Shown here: positions 29,225 to 38,368 of the stretch, piece by piece
Layout of the letters: every line of letters begins with the position of its first letter
Position numbering within the stretch: position 1 is the stretch's first letter
Source of the DNA: an uncultured Bacilli bacterium
Lineage (GTDB): Bacteria; Bacillota_I; Bacilli_A; RF39; UBA660
Length of the DNA: 58,432 bases
Direction: 5' to 3'
NCBI GenBank assembly: GCA_944358875.1
Contig: CALVRZ010000002.1
Span: forward strand, 1 to 58,432
Position numbers and translations under genes: made by a program
Notes under the pieces: generated by a model
The model's input: only the letters and a program-made list of their open reading frames with translations
Told to the model about the DNA's origin: nothing
The model's database searches: none

Positions 29225-29363
29225 AAGGGATTTGAATAGTATCAGATGTTTATATATTTGATACTTTTTCTTTGTTCTTGGTAGGTTTTGGCATTTTAAG
29301 TCATTTACAAAAAGAGGGATATTTAGTATAATTAATAAGAAGAATATGGAGGTGTGGTAAAAA

Positions 29364-31706
29364 GTGAATAATGTACTTACAAATGAAGAAGTTAGGAGAA
29401 TGGATGAATATTTTAGAGTTCTTAATTATATGTCAGTAGGACAACTTTACTTGATGGATAATCCTTTGCTTAGAAGAGAACTTACGATAGATGATATTAA
29501 ACCAAAAGTAGTTGGTCATTGGGGGACATCACCAGGTCAAAATTTTGTTTATATGCATTTAAATCGCGTTATTAAAAAGTATGATTTGGATATGATGTAT
29601 ATTTCGGGTCCTGGTCATGGTGGTCAAGCAATGGTCGCTAATGCATATTTAGAGGGAACTTACGGTGAAGTTTATCCGGAGTTTACTTCAGATGAGGAAG
29701 GGCTTAAGAAACTTTTTAAACAGTTTAGTTTTCCTGGTGGAGTATCTTCGCATGTGGCGCCAGAGACACCTGGATCAATTAATGAGGGTGGTGAACTGGG
29801 GTACAGTTTGGCTCATGCCTTTGGAGCGGTTTTAGATAATCCAACGTTAATTGCAGCTTGTGTTATTGGTGATGGTGAAGCGGAAACAGGAGCACTTGCA
29901 ACTAGTTGGCATTTGAATAAGTTTTTGAATCCGAAGACGGATGGGGTTGTTTTACCAATATTACATTTAAATGGTTTTAAGATTGCTAATCCGACGGTTC
30001 TTGCTAGAATTAGTGATGAAGAATTGGATTCTTTATTTAGAGGATATGGCTGGATGCCTTATTATGTTAATGGTGATGATGAGGTGTTTATGCATAATAG
30101 GATGGCTAATGTTTTAGAGGAAGTTATTGGTAAGATTAAGGAAATTAAGAAGAAAGCACAGATAGGGGATACTAATCGTCCAATGTGGCCAATGATAATT
30201 CTTAGAAGTCCTAAGGGATGGACAGGCCCTAAAGTAGTCGAGGGTAAAAAAATCGAGGGTAGTTTTAGAGCTCATCAGGTTCCAATTTTGGTAAGTCGTG
30301 AACATCCAGAGAATTTGCCTCTTTTAGAAGAATGGTTAAAAAGTTATAAAATAGATGATTTATTTGATGAAAAGGGGAGTTTAATTCCAGAACTTAAGGA
30401 TCTTAATCCAATTGGTGATAAGAGAATGAGTGCTAATAAACACGCTAATGGGGGATTACTTCTTAAGGAGTTGAATGTTCCTGATTTTCGTAATTATCAG
30501 GTAATGTTAGCTAAACCTGGTAGTGAAGTTAGTCAAGATATGATTGTTCTTGGTAAATTTATTCGAGATATTATTGTTAAGAATCCGGATAATTTTAGAG
30601 TTTTTGGTCCGGATGAGGCTTTATCGAATCGATTGAATGCTATTTTTGAAAGGACTAATCGTAAATGGAATGCTAGTGTTAATGGTGATGATGAATATTT
30701 AGATGTTAGTGGAAGAGTGATGGATAGTTATTTATCAGAACATGTTTGTCAAGGAATGTTAGAGGGGTATTTGCTTACAGGTCGTCATGGTTTTTTCCAT
30801 AGTTATGAGGCTTTTGTCAGAATTGTTGATTCAATGGTTAGTCAACATGCAAAGTGGCTTAAGGTTTCGAATGAACTACTTTGGCGAAAAGAGATTGCTT
30901 CTTTGAATTATGTCTTGACTTCACATATTTGGCAACAGGATCATAATGGCTATACGCATCAGGACCCTGGATTCTTGAATCACATGGTAACGAAAAAAGC
31001 GGATACGGTTAGGATATATTTACCGCCTGATGCTAATTGTTTGCTTTCTTGTTTTGATCATTGTGTTAGAAGTAAGAACTATATTAATGTAATTGTAGCA
31101 TCGAAACATCCTAGTATTCAATGGCTTTCAATGGATAAGGCTATAGAGCATTGTACGAAAGGAATTGGGACATGGGATTTTGTAAGTAATGATGATGGTA
31201 ATCCTGATGTGGTTATGGCTTCTTGTGGTGATACGCCAACACTAGAGGCAATTGCTGCAATTTCAATACTTCGTAAAATGGCACCTGAACTTAAAATTAG
31301 ATATGTAAATGTTGTTGATTTGATGCGTTTACAATCAGATGTTACTCATCCACATGGAATGAGTGATGAAGATTATGATAAGCTGTTTACGAAAGATAAG
31401 CCAATAATTTTTGCTTTTCATGGTTATCCTAATTTAATTCATGAACTTACTTATAAACGTCATAATGATAATTTGCATGTTCATGGCTATTTGGAAGAAG
31501 GTACTATTACGACGCCTTTTGATATGCGAGTACAAAATGAGATCGATCGTTATCATTTGGTGATGGATGTTATGAAATATGTTGATAAGGTTAAAAATAA
31601 AGATGAGATTATGGCTTATTGTATCGAAAAATTAACATATCATCATGATTATATTAGAGAGGTAGGCGAAGATATACCGGAAGTTAAGGATTGGAAATGG
31701 GAGTAG
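29364..31706 (+). CDS. xfp: Xylulose-5-phosphate/fructose-6-phosphate phosphoketolase
   Basis: It has [16 protein letters not shown] and GDGEAETG (TPP binding). Its length is about 780 aa. Confidence 0.93.
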   Translation: MNNVLTNEEVRRMDEYFRVLNYMSVGQLYLMDNPLLRRELTIDDIKPKVVGHWGTSPGQNFVYMHLNRVIKKYDLDMMYISGPGHGGQAMVANAYLEGTYGEVYPEFTSDEEGLKKLFKQFSFPGGVSSHVAPETPGSINEGGELGYSLAHAFGAVLDNPTLIAACVIGDGEAETGALATSWHLNKFLNPKTDGVVLPILHLNGFKIANPTVLARISDEELDSLFRGYGWMPYYVNGDDEVFMHNRMANVLEEVIGKIKEIKKKAQIGDTNRPMWPMIILRSPKGWTGPKVVEGKKIEGSFRAHQVPILVSREHPENLPLLEEWLKSYKIDDLFDEKGSLIPELKDLNPIGDKRMSANKHANGGLLLKELNVPDFRNYQVMLAKPGSEVSQDMIVLGKFIRDIIVKNPDNFRVFGPDEALSNRLNAIFERTNRKWNASVNGDDEYLDVSGRVMDSYLSEHVCQGMLEGYLLTGRHGFFHSYEAFVRIVDSMVSQHAKWLKVSNELLWRKEIASLNYVLTSHIWQQDHNGYTHQDPGFLNHMVTKKADTVRIYLPPDANCLLSCFDHCVRSKNYINVIVASKHPSIQWLSMDKAIEHCTKGIGTWDFVSNDDGNPDVVMASCGDTPTLEAIAAISILRKMAPELKIRYVNVVDLMRLQSDVTHPHGMSDEDYDKLFTKDKPIIFAFHGYPNLIHELTYKRHNDNLHVHGYLEEGTITTPFDMRVQNEIDRYHLVMDVMKYVDKVKNKDEIMAYCIEKLTYHHDYIREVGEDIPEVKDWKWE

Positions 31707-31712
31707 TGGAAT

Positions 31713-32021
31713 ATGAAGTTGTTGTTTAAGAATAAAGAAATTGATTTAGCTGTTACAGAAAATAATCTTTGTATGAAGTACCGGGCTTATAAAATTTATT
31801 TTGCTATTTTAATTAAAGGTCATCATCGTTTTAGTACGGTTAGAGTTAGACAGACACTTGATTGTTTTATGGTCGATGATGATTATAGGATTTTAGATAT
31901 GGAACTTGCTATGCATGAAAATACGGTTTTATCAAATGAGGAAGCAACACAAACAATTATTGTTCCAACGGGTACTTTTACCGATATTAATATAGGTGAT
32001 AAATTTACAGTAATCGAGTAG
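31713..32021 (+). CDS. Hypothetical protein
   Basis: The ORF lies directly after xfp. No motif was recognised. Confidence 0.4.
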   Translation: MKLLFKNKEIDLAVTENNLCMKYRAYKIYFAILIKGHHRFSTVRVRQTLDCFMVDDDYRILDMELAMHENTVLSNEEATQTIIVPTGTFTDINIGDKFTVIE

Positions 32022-32044
32022 TAATTATGGGAAATTATGTGATT

Positions 32045-32071
32045 TTAGCAATTAATGTTGACAATTGCTAA
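32045..32071 (+). promoter_or_regulatory. CIRCE-like inverted repeat (putative HrcA operator) overlapping the hsp20 promoter
   Basis: The sequence is TTAGCAATT-N9-AATTGCTAA, against the CIRCE consensus TTAGCACTC-N9-GAGTGCTAA. TTGACA at 32058-63 and TATACT at 32081-86 form the promoter. Confidence 0.6.
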
Positions 32072-32111
32072 AAAGAGGAATATACTTAATAACGAAAGGT
32101 GAGTGATAGAT

Positions 32112-32489
32112 ATGTTACCTAGTAAATTTTATTTGGATAGTATTTTTGATGACTTCATGGACACTAAAGAACCAATGAAATGTGATATTTACGAAAAGGA
32201 TGGTATTGTCCATATCGAAGCTGACATGCCTGGAATGAAAAAAGAAGATATTAAAGTTGAATTAAATGATGGTTACCTTACAATAGGGGCAACGAAAGAA
32301 GAAAACAACGAAGAGAAAGATAAGAACTTTATTAAGAAAGAAAGATTCTATGGTAAGTTAGAACGTAAATTTTACATTGGTGATGTCAATGAAGATGAAG
32401 TTAATGCTGAATTTACAGATGGCGTTTTAAAAATACAAGTTCCAAAAGAAGACAAAGAAAGAAATAAAAAAACAATTGATGTTAAATAA
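32112..32489 (+). CDS. Hsp20/alpha-crystallin family small heat-shock protein
   Basis: The alpha-crystallin core runs DIYEKDGIVHIEADMPGMKKEDIKVELNDGYLTI ... FTDGVLKIQVPK. Confidence 0.9.
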   Translation: MLPSKFYLDSIFDDFMDTKEPMKCDIYEKDGIVHIEADMPGMKKEDIKVELNDGYLTIGATKEENNEEKDKNFIKKERFYGKLERKFYIGDVNEDEVNAEFTDGVLKIQVPKEDKERNKKTIDVK

Positions 32490-32571
32490 TAAATTTTAAA
32501 ATAGTTACATTATGAATAGTGTAACTGTTTCTTTTTTCTTTTAAATGGTGTATACTTAATATGGAGGTAAT

Positions 32572-32952
32572 ATGATGAAAGAAGTAAAATTTTATAGATG
32601 TCCTATCTGTGGAAATGTTGTTTATTTAGCACAAGAGAAAGGTGGACAACTTGTTTGTTGTGGTAAACCAATGGAATTAATGAACGCTAATGAAAGTGAT
32701 GGAGCAATAGAGAAACATGTTCCAGTATATGAAGTGAAAGAAGATAAGTTAGTTGTTAAGATTGGTGAAGTTCTTCATCCTATGACGGAAGAACATTATA
32801 TTGGTTTTGTTGCTATTGCTAGTGATAATGGTTTAGATATTGTTAATCTTAAACCAGGAGATGATCCTATTTGTGAATTTCCTTTAGTTAGTAAGGGAAC
32901 AATTTATGCATATTGTAATTTGCATGGATTATGGAAATGTGAAATTAAATAG
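32572..32952 (+). CDS. dfx: Desulfoferrodoxin (superoxide reductase)
   Basis: It has the N-terminal desulforedoxin CPICGN...CCG motif and centre II motifs EKHVP and CNLHGLW. Confidence 0.9.
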   Translation: MMKEVKFYRCPICGNVVYLAQEKGGQLVCCGKPMELMNANESDGAIEKHVPVYEVKEDKLVVKIGEVLHPMTEEHYIGFVAIASDNGLDIVNLKPGDDPICEFPLVSKGTIYAYCNLHGLWKCEIK

Positions 32953-32959
32953 TTTTCAA

Positions 32960-32994
32960 AAAGCCATAAAAATTAATGTCTTTATGGCTTTTTG
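32960..32994 (+). terminator. Rho-independent terminator after dfx
   Basis: AAAGCCATAAA and TTTATGGCTTT form the stem, followed by Ts. Confidence 0.7.
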
Positions 32995-33020
32995 TATATG
33001 TAGATAAGGAGTTTGATTGA

Positions 33021-33737
33021 ATGAATAATAATTTAAAAGCGGAAGATATTGTTAATGCTACAGTAAATTTAAATAGATCGTTAATTAATAATAAACCACA
33101 TATTAAGAAGTATGATAAGGTTAAAAAGATATATAAAGATATTATTGATAATATGAAGGATTATATTTTTAGTGATAGCTATGATATAGATAAAAATATT
33201 GATAAAATGTGCTTATCTTTTATGGAAGATAATAATATAGATAAATATAATTGGTATGTAAATAGCGATAATATTAGTGATGCTTTATTACTTGAAGAAC
33301 TTTTAATATTTAAGAATCATGAAGATGTTACTTCTGTTACAGAGATTTATTTAAAAAATAATAAATTTAGAAATGAGGAAAAAGTTAAATTATTGCAATG
33401 TATGAATAATTCGTTTGCTAGTTTGTTTAAAGTAATTAGTTCTGATGTTTCTAATGGTTATGTTGTTATTAAGGATTTTTTTACAGATAAAGAATATCAG
33501 GTAATCGATATTAATTTAGCTAGTGCTTATTCTTTTGTTAGTGAACAAGGCAAAAATAACGTTTATATTTACTCTAGGTTAATTACTTATGATGATATTT
33601 CTATTTTAACAGGAGGTATTTGTTTTGTAGAAGTAATTAATAAACTTAAAAATATTCTTTATCACAAAAGACTTTATGAAGATATGCGTTCTTCTTCTTT
33701 ATGTCTATTATTATTTGAAATTAGTAAACATCATTAA
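33021..33737 (+). CDS. Uncharacterised protein, family A (paralogue of 52108..52875)
   Basis: The two share blocks: ITEIYL.KNKFRNEEK.K.L..M, LFKVI, NGY..., VIDI, Y.Y.R.IT.DDIS. Confidence 0.6.
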   Translation: MNNNLKAEDIVNATVNLNRSLINNKPHIKKYDKVKKIYKDIIDNMKDYIFSDSYDIDKNIDKMCLSFMEDNNIDKYNWYVNSDNISDALLLEELLIFKNHEDVTSVTEIYLKNNKFRNEEKVKLLQCMNNSFASLFKVISSDVSNGYVVIKDFFTDKEYQVIDINLASAYSFVSEQGKNNVYIYSRLITYDDISILTGGICFVEVINKLKNILYHKRLYEDMRSSSLCLLLFEISKHH

Positions 33738-33859
33738 TATTGTTTAAAACTTATAATGTTAAATGGTAATTTTTGGTAATTATTTATTTTAAATATGTTG
33801 ACTTTAAGTTATTTTTAGCGCATAATTATAGTCATAAAAACGTTGTAAGTGAGGAAAAA

Positions 33860-34900
33860 ATGAATAGTGTTGAAAAAATTAATTTGAATAATGCTGCCGA
33901 TACACCTATTGTTAGGGATTTGAAAGGGTTACTTAATTGTTTTACTGCTAGTGATTTACGTTATGCTTTAGAGATGATAAAAGGAAAGAAATTTGGTAAA
34001 ATATCTAAAAAAAAATTAGTTATGATGCTTTATGAAATGTTGACTAATGTAAATGAATTAAATTTTTTAATTAGTCAACTAGTAGATAATGAGTTGAAAC
34101 TTTTACAAAGAATTGTTTTAAATAATGGGGTACTTCAGGATAATGGGGTTTCTATAGAAGACTATCATATTCTTTATATGTTTGGTATTGTCTTTTTGTT
34201 TAGAAGAGGAAATAAGTTTTATATATCGATGCCAACTGATGTTTATGAAGTAATGAAAGATATAAATATTGATGATTTTATTGGTGATGTTAAAGAGAAT
34301 ACGAAGATATATGAAATGTATTTAGCGATGATTAGGTTATATGGTGTGATAACGATAGATGATTTAATTAATGCTTATAATTTTTATTATGGAGAAGTTG
34401 ATAGAAGCAAGGTTACTATGCTTTTGTCTTGGCATCGAATAGATAGGCATATGGTCATAATTGATAATGGTAGATATTATGTTACTAATATTTTGGAAGA
34501 TGATGAGTTTGGTGATGTTAGAGATAAGATAATTGAAAGACAAAAAGAGATACCTTGTAAAAGGCTGTCATTGGAGGAGTTACTTAAGTATAGTGATTTT
34601 GATTACTTTGATGATAATATTGTACCAGATGATTTTCGTAAATATTTGAAGAAGAAGAATGTAAGTGATAAAAAGGTAGATAGTCTTTTATTTAGTATTT
34701 GTAATCATTATAAACTAGGGCATGAATATGTTGCGACAACATTCGAAATGTTAATTAATAATGGTATTGATATTAAGGAAGATGAGTTACAAATGGTTTT
34801 GAATTATTTAATTAGTATATATAATAATACGAGACTTTGGATTAATCATGGGTGGACGCCTATTGAGCTTCGGGATGAGATGGTGAATGAAAATATTTGA
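33860..34900 (+). CDS. Uncharacterised protein, family B
   Basis: It has its own promoter (TTGACT, 17-nt spacer, CATAAT) and a GTGAGGA RBS. It shares ELK.L..L..NNG and G.TPIE.R motifs with the next gene. Confidence 0.6.
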   Translation: MNSVEKINLNNAADTPIVRDLKGLLNCFTASDLRYALEMIKGKKFGKISKKKLVMMLYEMLTNVNELNFLISQLVDNELKLLQRIVLNNGVLQDNGVSIEDYHILYMFGIVFLFRRGNKFYISMPTDVYEVMKDINIDDFIGDVKENTKIYEMYLAMIRLYGVITIDDLINAYNFYYGEVDRSKVTMLLSWHRIDRHMVIIDNGRYYVTNILEDDEFGDVRDKIIERQKEIPCKRLSLEELLKYSDFDYFDDNIVPDDFRKYLKKKNVSDKKVDSLLFSICNHYKLGHEYVATTFEMLINNGIDIKEDELQMVLNYLISIYNNTRLWINHGWTPIELRDEMVNENI

Positions 34901-34955
34901 TTTTTGCCAAAATTGGAAAAATGTGTTAAAATAGCTATTGTTTTAAGGGAGGTAT

Positions 34956-35888
34956 ATGATGAATACGGATAAAATGGTTGATTTGATTAATGGATACAAA
35001 AAAGAGTATGTTTACGAGCAATATACGAGAATTGTTTATGATTATAAGAAATATGATAATATTACGAAGAAAAAGATGATCCAAGAAATTTATAAGGTAT
35101 ATAGTGATTATAATAATATTATTGATATTTGTACGACAAGAGAACTTAAGTATTTGAAAAAATTACTTAGTAATAATGGTAATATGAAAGATTTACTAGG
35201 GGATAAATATAAATGGGAGAGACGTAGTTTGTCTGATAAATTTATTGCATGTTGGGATTTTGACCGGGTATTTATTCCTTTAGAGATTAAAGATATAGTT
35301 AAAGAAGCTATAAAGAAAGTTGACTGGGATATTGCTAAAAGGAATGATAGGATAAATGAAATAGTGGTTGGTTTTTGTAAAGTACAAGGAGTGACGATGT
35401 TTGGTTTTATTTGTTCTGTTGGTTCAATATTGTTAGGTATTGATGAAGAAACATTATGGAATTTTATGCTTAATAATAGGTTATTTAATTATTATGTATT
35501 TCTATATGATGAACATTTAGATAATTGGGATAAACCTATGTTGATGGCTGTATATCAGGATTATTATTCATATAAAGATGAATTTAAAGAGGGAAGAGTT
35601 AAATATAAAGTTGGCAAGATGATGAATTTAGATACTGATATGTTTAAAACAATTTTCTATAATGATTTTGATATTAGAAATAAGAAAATTAAAAAGTTTA
35701 TAGATGAATTAATGGAATTACCTTTTTTCTGGAGGGATGTCTTGGAGGAAATGAAGGTTTATACACTATTGAATTTGGATAGGGATTCTTTAAAGAAGGC
35801 AATTAGAGAGGTTCCTGTTTTACGTGATTATGATTTGGATTATTTATTTAAAGATATGGATTTAGCGATGGATGAGATGCCATCGTGA
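34956..35888 (+). CDS. Uncharacterised protein, family B-like, N-terminal part. It ends at an in-frame TGA that separates it from 35931..36518.
   Basis: AGGGAGG RBS precedes the start. The frame is the same as the downstream ORF, with a single TGA at 35886-35888. Confidence 0.55.
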   Translation: MMNTDKMVDLINGYKKEYVYEQYTRIVYDYKKYDNITKKKMIQEIYKVYSDYNNIIDICTTRELKYLKKLLSNNGNMKDLLGDKYKWERRSLSDKFIACWDFDRVFIPLEIKDIVKEAIKKVDWDIAKRNDRINEIVVGFCKVQGVTMFGFICSVGSILLGIDEETLWNFMLNNRLFNYYVFLYDEHLDNWDKPMLMAVYQDYYSYKDEFKEGRVKYKVGKMMNLDTDMFKTIFYNDFDIRNKKIKKFIDELMELPFFWRDVLEEMKVYTLLNLDRDSLKKAIREVPVLRDYDLDYLFKDMDLAMDEMPS

Positions 35889-35930
35889 GTTTTAAATGGA
35901 CTTACCCCGATTGAGTATAGAGAATTATGC

Positions 35931-36518
35931 TTGGAAGATGAGCTTGCTAAGTATGAAATAGAAAAGGACTATGTTAAGCAAAAGGATGCTTGTTTATCAG
36001 AAAGTGATGCTTCTTTATTCTATAAGATATATTTTGGATTATTGGAGTTTACGAATGATAAGTATGTGATTAAAAAGAATTTGAAGTTATATGGTCAAGA
36101 GGGAATTAATCCACAAGAAATTGTCGATATTATTGATAAATTTTGGCAAAATAAGAGTGAACTAGTGGATGAGTTTTGTACTAAGAATCCTTATGGCTTT
36201 AATAAAGAGGAATTGGATATTACTAGTAAATTTAAAGATGGTATTAGGGATATGTTTATATTTGTTAAGTTTGAAGAAGATTATACGGCTGTTATGGATA
36301 AGAATAGGGTGTATATGATTAAGGGGATTAATGATAATTTGGATAATATTATTTCGTATGAGGACTTACCACATGTAGCTATAACTTCTATTATTCCTTT
36401 TAAGAATTATTTGATTTATGATGGTATTTTAATAGGAGCTTCTATAAAAATGGGAAGTAATATGGTCAAAATGATTATGGATGATTATGATAAGTCGATG
36501 AAGTATTATCATATGTAG
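35931..36518 (+). CDS. Uncharacterised protein. It is either the C-terminal continuation of 34956..35888 or an independent TTG-started ORF.
   Basis: It is in frame with the upstream ORF. The 14 intervening codons encode VLNGLTPIEYRELC, which matches the C-terminal GWTPIELRDE motif of the family B protein. Confidence 0.5.
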   Translation: MEDELAKYEIEKDYVKQKDACLSESDASLFYKIYFGLLEFTNDKYVIKKNLKLYGQEGINPQEIVDIIDKFWQNKSELVDEFCTKNPYGFNKEELDITSKFKDGIRDMFIFVKFEEDYTAVMDKNRVYMIKGINDNLDNIISYEDLPHVAITSIIPFKNYLIYDGILIGASIKMGSNMVKMIMDDYDKSMKYYHM

Positions 36519-36527
36519 TTTGGAAAG

Positions 36528-36956
36528 ATGCTAATTATGGATTATGATTTAAAATTGAAGGAAAATATAAAAAGAAATGAAAAATTTATTGACGAATTTG
36601 AAAAGTGGCTAATTGAAAAGAAATTATCTGATAAAACGATTAATAAGCATTTGAATAATATTGATCTATATATTAATAATTATTTGAATTATTATGATTT
36701 TGTTAAGATGGAAAATGGTATAAAGGATGTTTATTCTTTTTTTGGTGATTGGTTTATTGAGAAATGTGCTTGGTCATCTAGAACTTCACTTAAGGATACC
36801 GCGGCTAGTATTAAGAAATTTTATCAGTGTATGTGTGAAAAGGGTCATGTTAGTAAAGATGATTATGAATTTATGTGTAAAATGATTAAGGATAATATGG
36901 ATAAATTTTTAGACAGAGTTGATGAATATAATTATGAACTCTTTAATGATTATTAA
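36528..36956 (+). CDS. Stand-alone phage-integrase N-terminal SAM-like (core-binding) domain protein, with no catalytic domain
   Basis: FIDEFEKWLIEKKLSDKTINKHLNNIDLYINNYL ... LKDTAASIKKFYQCM resembles the integrase SAM-like fold. The ORF ends at 142 aa and a clean terminator follows. Confidence 0.5.
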   Translation: MLIMDYDLKLKENIKRNEKFIDEFEKWLIEKKLSDKTINKHLNNIDLYINNYLNYYDFVKMENGIKDVYSFFGDWFIEKCAWSSRTSLKDTAASIKKFYQCMCEKGHVSKDDYEFMCKMIKDNMDKFLDRVDEYNYELFNDY

Positions 36957-37102
36957 TTTGTTATGGATGCACTATCAATAAAGATAGTGTTTTTCTTTTA
37001 TACCATAGGAACTTAACAGATATAGGCCTAATTGCCCTAGAGAACTATAGATGTAATGTTATTGTTGTGATATAATATTTATAACAGTTAGGAAGTGATA
37101 CA

Positions 37103-38101
37103 ATGATTAAAACTGATACAGAGTTAAGACCAATGATGAAAATTAGTGAATTAGTTCCATATTTAAAAAAGAAAAATATTAAGTTTGAAAAAATAAGTGA
37201 ACAAGAAGCAGAGGAATATTTACGAAATAATAATAATTACTATAATTTAACTTCATATAAACATAATTTTTTGAAATATCCATCTCCTGCAGGTCAATAC
37301 GAAGGATTATATCAAGATTTAGATTTTGCGTATCTAAAAGATATGGCTATTATTGACCATAGAGTTAGATTATTATTTTTCAAAATAATTATTGATATAG
37401 AGCATTATTTAAAAATAAGAATATTAAACTTAATTGAGAATATTAAAGAAGAAAATGGATATAGAGTAGTAAATATGTATTTAGAAAAAGATTTTATTGA
37501 TGAAAAATTTCCTAAAAAAGTGCATGATAGTATTTTTAAAAAAGTTGGAAGTGAATATTATAATAAAATTTTTTCTAAATATGATATAGATCGGGATCAA
37601 CAATTAGAAAATATTCCTATATGGGAGTTCCTTGAAATAATTACATTTGGAGAATTAGTTAATTTTTATGAATTCTTTTCAAGAGAATATAATTTAAAAA
37701 ATGAATTAAAGAATATATTTATTCTAAGAGAAATAGTTAAACTTAGAAATGCAGTTGCTCATAATTCATGTTTACTATCAGATCTTGATAGAAAAGATAA
37801 TAATTATGCACCAGATTATAAAATTATCAATTTTTTAAATGAATGTAAAATTGGAAAAGAAACTAGAAGCAATAAGTTAAGTAATTCTAGAATAAGACAA
37901 ATGACTTATGCATTATATATGTTTAATGAAATAGTAACTAGTAATGGTATTAAGAAAAATGTGACAGAAGAAATTAATGAATTATTTTTTGGAAGAATAA
38001 TTCATCATAAAGAGTATTATAATAGTAATGAACTATTAAAATCTGTATATTATTATTTTAAAAAAATTATTGAAAAAAAATATAACGTTAAAAAAATATA
38101 A
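37103..38101 (+). CDS. Abi_2 family (AbiD/AbiF-like) abortive infection protein
   Basis: The motif IVKLRNAVAHNSCLL and the overall ~330-aa helical layout are typical of Abi_2. TGaTATAAT is an extended -10 upstream. Confidence 0.75.
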   Translation: MIKTDTELRPMMKISELVPYLKKKNIKFEKISEQEAEEYLRNNNNYYNLTSYKHNFLKYPSPAGQYEGLYQDLDFAYLKDMAIIDHRVRLLFFKIIIDIEHYLKIRILNLIENIKEENGYRVVNMYLEKDFIDEKFPKKVHDSIFKKVGSEYYNKIFSKYDIDRDQQLENIPIWEFLEIITFGELVNFYEFFSREYNLKNELKNIFILREIVKLRNAVAHNSCLLSDLDRKDNNYAPDYKIINFLNECKIGKETRSNKLSNSRIRQMTYALYMFNEIVTSNGIKKNVTEEINELFFGRIIHHKEYYNSNELLKSVYYYFKKIIEKKYNVKKI

Positions 38102-38132
38102 TGTAAATAATGTAAATTCAGATTAAAATAGT

Positions 38133-38235
38133 TTGACATGATCATTAATATATGGTATTATGGTTATGCAAGGAAAAAATGGTAATACATTTTTGCAAGG
38201 GCACTATCTTACGGTAGAGCCCTATTTTTCTTTTT
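38133..38235 (+). ncRNA. Possible short (~60 nt) transcription unit between the Abi_2 and DUF262 genes
   Basis: TTGACA (38133-38), a 17-nt spacer and TATTAT (38156-61) form a promoter. Hairpin AAAAATG/CATTTTT and terminator GGGCACTATC-TTAC-GGTAGAGCCC with a T-run follow. Confidence 0.3.
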
Positions 38236-38368
38236 ATTATTTTTAAGAAGATTAATTTCTTTTATGGATTTTTATCGAAGATGTTTTAACAAGTTTGAGG
38301 TTATGTTTAGATGAAAACAATCTAAAAACTGGTAAATTCGTGTTATAATTGTATATGGAGATGGTATT

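Noticed and set aside
35886-35888. The in-frame TGA was considered as evidence for genetic code 4 (TGA = Trp) or selenocysteine.
   Set aside because: TGA terminates several well-defined genes in this window (for example at 5795-5797 and 27306-27308), and long ORFs are otherwise intact under code 11. No SECIS-like hairpin is obvious downstream.
36528-36956. A tyrosine integrase that could account for an island bounded by the 23-bp repeats.
   Set aside because: The ORF encodes only about 142 aa resembling the N-terminal SAM-like domain. No R..HxxR..Y catalytic domain follows in any frame, and a clean terminator comes next.
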